DNA of 64,000 nt, taken from positions 4,216,001 to 4,280,000 of the forward strand of contig OX597839.1 in NCBI GenBank assembly GCA_951406725.2, read 5' to 3'. Below the pieces are notes generated by a model, which did not search any database, was not told the origin of the DNA, and saw nothing but the letters and a program-made list of their open reading frames with translations. Shown one piece after another: positions 60,610 to 64,000 of the stretch (the stretch's first letter is position 1; each line of letters begins with the position of its first letter). Position numbers and translations under genes: made by a program. Source of the stretch: Octopus vulgaris. Taxonomy: Eukaryota.

Positions 60610-61027
60610 GGATCTTTTCGGTTTGAACGGCAGTTTTTTCTAGCGGTGTCATATGAAATTGTCACCCATAATTATGACCCTAGTACCGATCTATTGCATT
60701 TCAATGTTTTAGGGTTAGGGGTGGGGGGAAGGGTATCTTTTTTTCTTCACAAATGTAAATAAACCCAATCTGTTTCTTAAACGAGGGACATATTCATACG
60801 GCATAGAATGTTTTTTTTTACCTCAATGGACGTAATTGATTGGTTGAAATTGCAGAAATTGAAGAAAAAAAAAACAACAACAAATATCTTACAAACTATA
60901 GAATTTTCTCAAGAAAGCCAGGAGAAAAATATGTTTTATAAACACATTCTACCAGTATACGAAGTTTAAAATTTTTTAGTTACCTAGAAATTATGTGAAA
61001 AAACTGCCGTTCAAACCGAAAAGATCC
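60610..61027. mobile_element. TTAGGG-containing MITE
   Basis: Perfect TIRs ggatcttttcggtttgaacggcagtttttt / aaaaaactgccgttcaaaccgaaaagatcc. Confidence 0.93.
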
Positions 61028-61832
61028 GTGGCTAGTTTAGAAGGCCAAATGTGGGCGTGAGATTTGACACTGCGAAGATACGGGCAATATACCGAGAGTT
61101 CAGACGACAGTATGTATGTATGTATGCAGGTATATATGTTCGCTTGTATGTATGCGTACGTATGCATGTATATGCTTATGTGCGAACTCTTTGTTCAATC
61201 ATGGCGCATTTCACTTCTTCAGCGCTATTCACATTTCTTCCTATTAATGCTTTATATAACTAAATCAGATATTCTTGTCATTACTATTTATTTAGGCTTA
61301 CTTACAATTTATTTTATATACGGCATTGTTTTATCCAAACATGTCAATAAGCATCGTTTTGGGCTGATAAAGGAATATATTATATTCCTTATATTATATA
61401 AGTGTTACGTTCGTTGTATCTTTGGTATTAAAATTTTCTCTTTTCTGCCTTCGTATATTTATGTACATTTTTTGTATTTTATAGTATCACAGTTCTTATT
61501 TGAAATATGGGATCTGTTTTATAATATCTCTCCTTAGATTTCAAAGCGTATTTGCCAACATTTACCACCTAACAATCGGATTATTGTCTCTCAACGTTCT
61601 AAAGGATTTTGTTTGTATTAGTTACTGCTTGTGATAAATAAACTAAGCTCCATAGAAATTCTTCATCATAATTTCACAGTTCCCTCATTGTTCGGTTTTG
61701 TATTGTTGATATTCTTCGTTTCCTGACACTTTTCTCTCTCAGAACGGTTGTCCTGTCTGTGAATATTCAACTCCGCTGCGAGCGCTTCCATTTTTCATAT
61801 AAACAATATAATGGTATAATGATTATATGCAA

Positions 61833-62185
<353 letters not shown>

Positions 62186-62194
62186 GTTCGTCCG

Positions 62195-63235
62195 AGTGGT
62201 AAGATGGTAGAATCATAAGAATTACAAGAAAAGGATTGGCGGTATTCGTTCCGATTCTTTACGTTTCAAGTTCAAATTCCACCGAGGTCGACTTTTGCCT
62301 TTCATCCTTTCGGTTCCTATAAAGTAAACCACTAGCCAAGCGTTGCGGTAGATTCTTCTTTTTTTTTCTCTGTTGAAGAAATCGACTGTGGCCAGACCTA
62401 ACGTGGAATAGGCTCCATCAAGACACCCCCGCATCTTACGATAGTGCATTTACGGTTCCAACAAGATTTGACGGCCCTGATTATATCATTCAGATATTCT
62501 TGGCCACCGAATGCAGGTGCTCAATTTGAGAGCAAGGTATAATTCATTTTATTTTTCATTTTATCTAGTTCCAGCTCACGAGCTGTGGCCATGCTGGGGC
62601 ACGAATATACCGTAAGGAGGAAATTTATTACTTTTGAAATATTTGCTATCTTTTACTTGTTTCAGTTATTAGACCGCGGCCTATACTGGAGCACTGCCTT
62701 GAAGAATTTTTAGTCGAATGAATCGACATCAGTGTTTGTTTCCCCATCACAAGGTTCGAGGTCCCGAGTTCAGTCCCACTGCCTGGAACCTTGGGCGAGT
62801 GTTTTCTACTGTAGCTTTGGGCCGACTATAGCCTTGTGAATCGATTTGCTAGACTGAAACTGAAAAAAAACCCCGGTCGTATATGACTGTGTGTGTGTGT
62901 GTTTGTCTCTCACGACCGCTTGGTAATCGATGTTGGTTTGTTTACGTCCCCGTATATTAGCGGTTCTGCAAAAGAGACCTATAGAATAAGTATCAGGCTT
63001 AAAAAGAAAATAAATACCGGGGTCCGTTCGTTCGACTAAGGATCTTCAAGGCGGTGCACCAGCATGGCCGCTCTCTGATGACTAAAAGAATTAAAAGGAT
63101 AAAAGATGCTGGAAAATGACATCTTAATAGGAAATTGTAGCGAGTTCTGATCCAAACCATTTTTATTTTATTTTATTTTATTTTATTTTATCTAGTTTCA
63201 GCTCACGAGCTGTGGCCATGCTGGGGCACCGCCGT
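62195..63235. mobile_element. Cluster of SINE fragments (A at 62195-62335 +; B tail 62650-62735 -; B 62745-63106 +; short tails at ~62560 and ~63185 -)
   Basis: Family motifs; ttttatctagtt(c/t)cagctcacgagctgtggccatgctggggcac occurs twice. Confidence 0.75.
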
Positions 63236-63330
63236 GTGTTGGCTCAAGTGAAATTTCTTAAAGATTCTTCGTGGTGATTGGTGGATCTTTCACGGCTGAA
63301 CCTTTCAAAGATATGAAATTTAACTAACAT

Positions 63331-63540
<210 letters not shown>

Positions 63541-63814
63541 AAGGAGACATAGAATGTACTGCAATGGTTCCCTAAGAATAAAAGGTTTTCCAAATATTAT
63601 CCCTAAAATAAGTTTCCAGCCTCGTTGCCCCTGTTGTCAGATCAATGAGCTGGGGGCATCCCCTTGAAAGATTTAGTCAAACAAGTCGATCCCAGTAGTA
63701 CTTACCTTAAGTGTGGTACTTATTTTATCAGTCCAAACCAATATATGGCGACCATGCTGGAGCACTAACTTGAATGGTTTAGTCCAGTGGTTCTCGACCA
63801 TTTTTTAATCTATG

Positions 63815-64000
63815 GAGATACATTATACCAGAAGGATATTTTAGAAAATGTAATCCTAGATAAATTATCTCTAAAGAACATAGTAGATGAGGTAGTCCTA
63901 GGTACACTATGCCAGAAGGACACATTAGATAATATAGACCTAGATACACAATGACAAAAACACATTAGATAATGTAGTCCTAGATGCACAATGCTAGAAG
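63815..64000. repeat. ~42-bp minisatellite, running off the window end
   Basis: Unit gccagaaggacacattagataatatagacctagatacacaat, about 4 diverged copies. Confidence 0.8.

Overview
AT-rich eukaryotic intergenic/intronic DNA dominated by microsatellites and transposable elements. The tRNA-derived SINE families, TA/CATA/TAA/GATA arrays and LINE content point to an octopus (coleoid cephalopod) genome; this is an inference. Almost all listed ORFs are microsatellite artefacts and no intact host gene is recognisable. Real coding remnants are R4/Dong-like non-LTR retrotransposon fragments, a Naiad-type Penelope-like GIY-YIG endonuclease fragment (43470-43928, minus) and a decayed Tc1/mariner (maT-like) element (55944-57641). 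Non-coding elements include three SINE families, two bipartite RTE-derived elements, a Helitron, a piggyBac-like MITE and a MITE family carrying TTAGGG repeats. The most notable observations are: (i) several hammerhead-ribozyme motifs at Penelope-like element ends (5945-6037, 42413-42450, and a diverged head-to-head pair at 469-937), plus a 91-bp palindrome centred on the same stem-III sequence; (ii) an 847-bp fold-back dimer of the telomere-repeat MITE with its own 8-bp TSD; (iii) unique-sequence islands with IR1 nuclear-receptor, CRE, YY1 and Hox/Pbx motifs and possible minus-strand exons of an unidentified gene.
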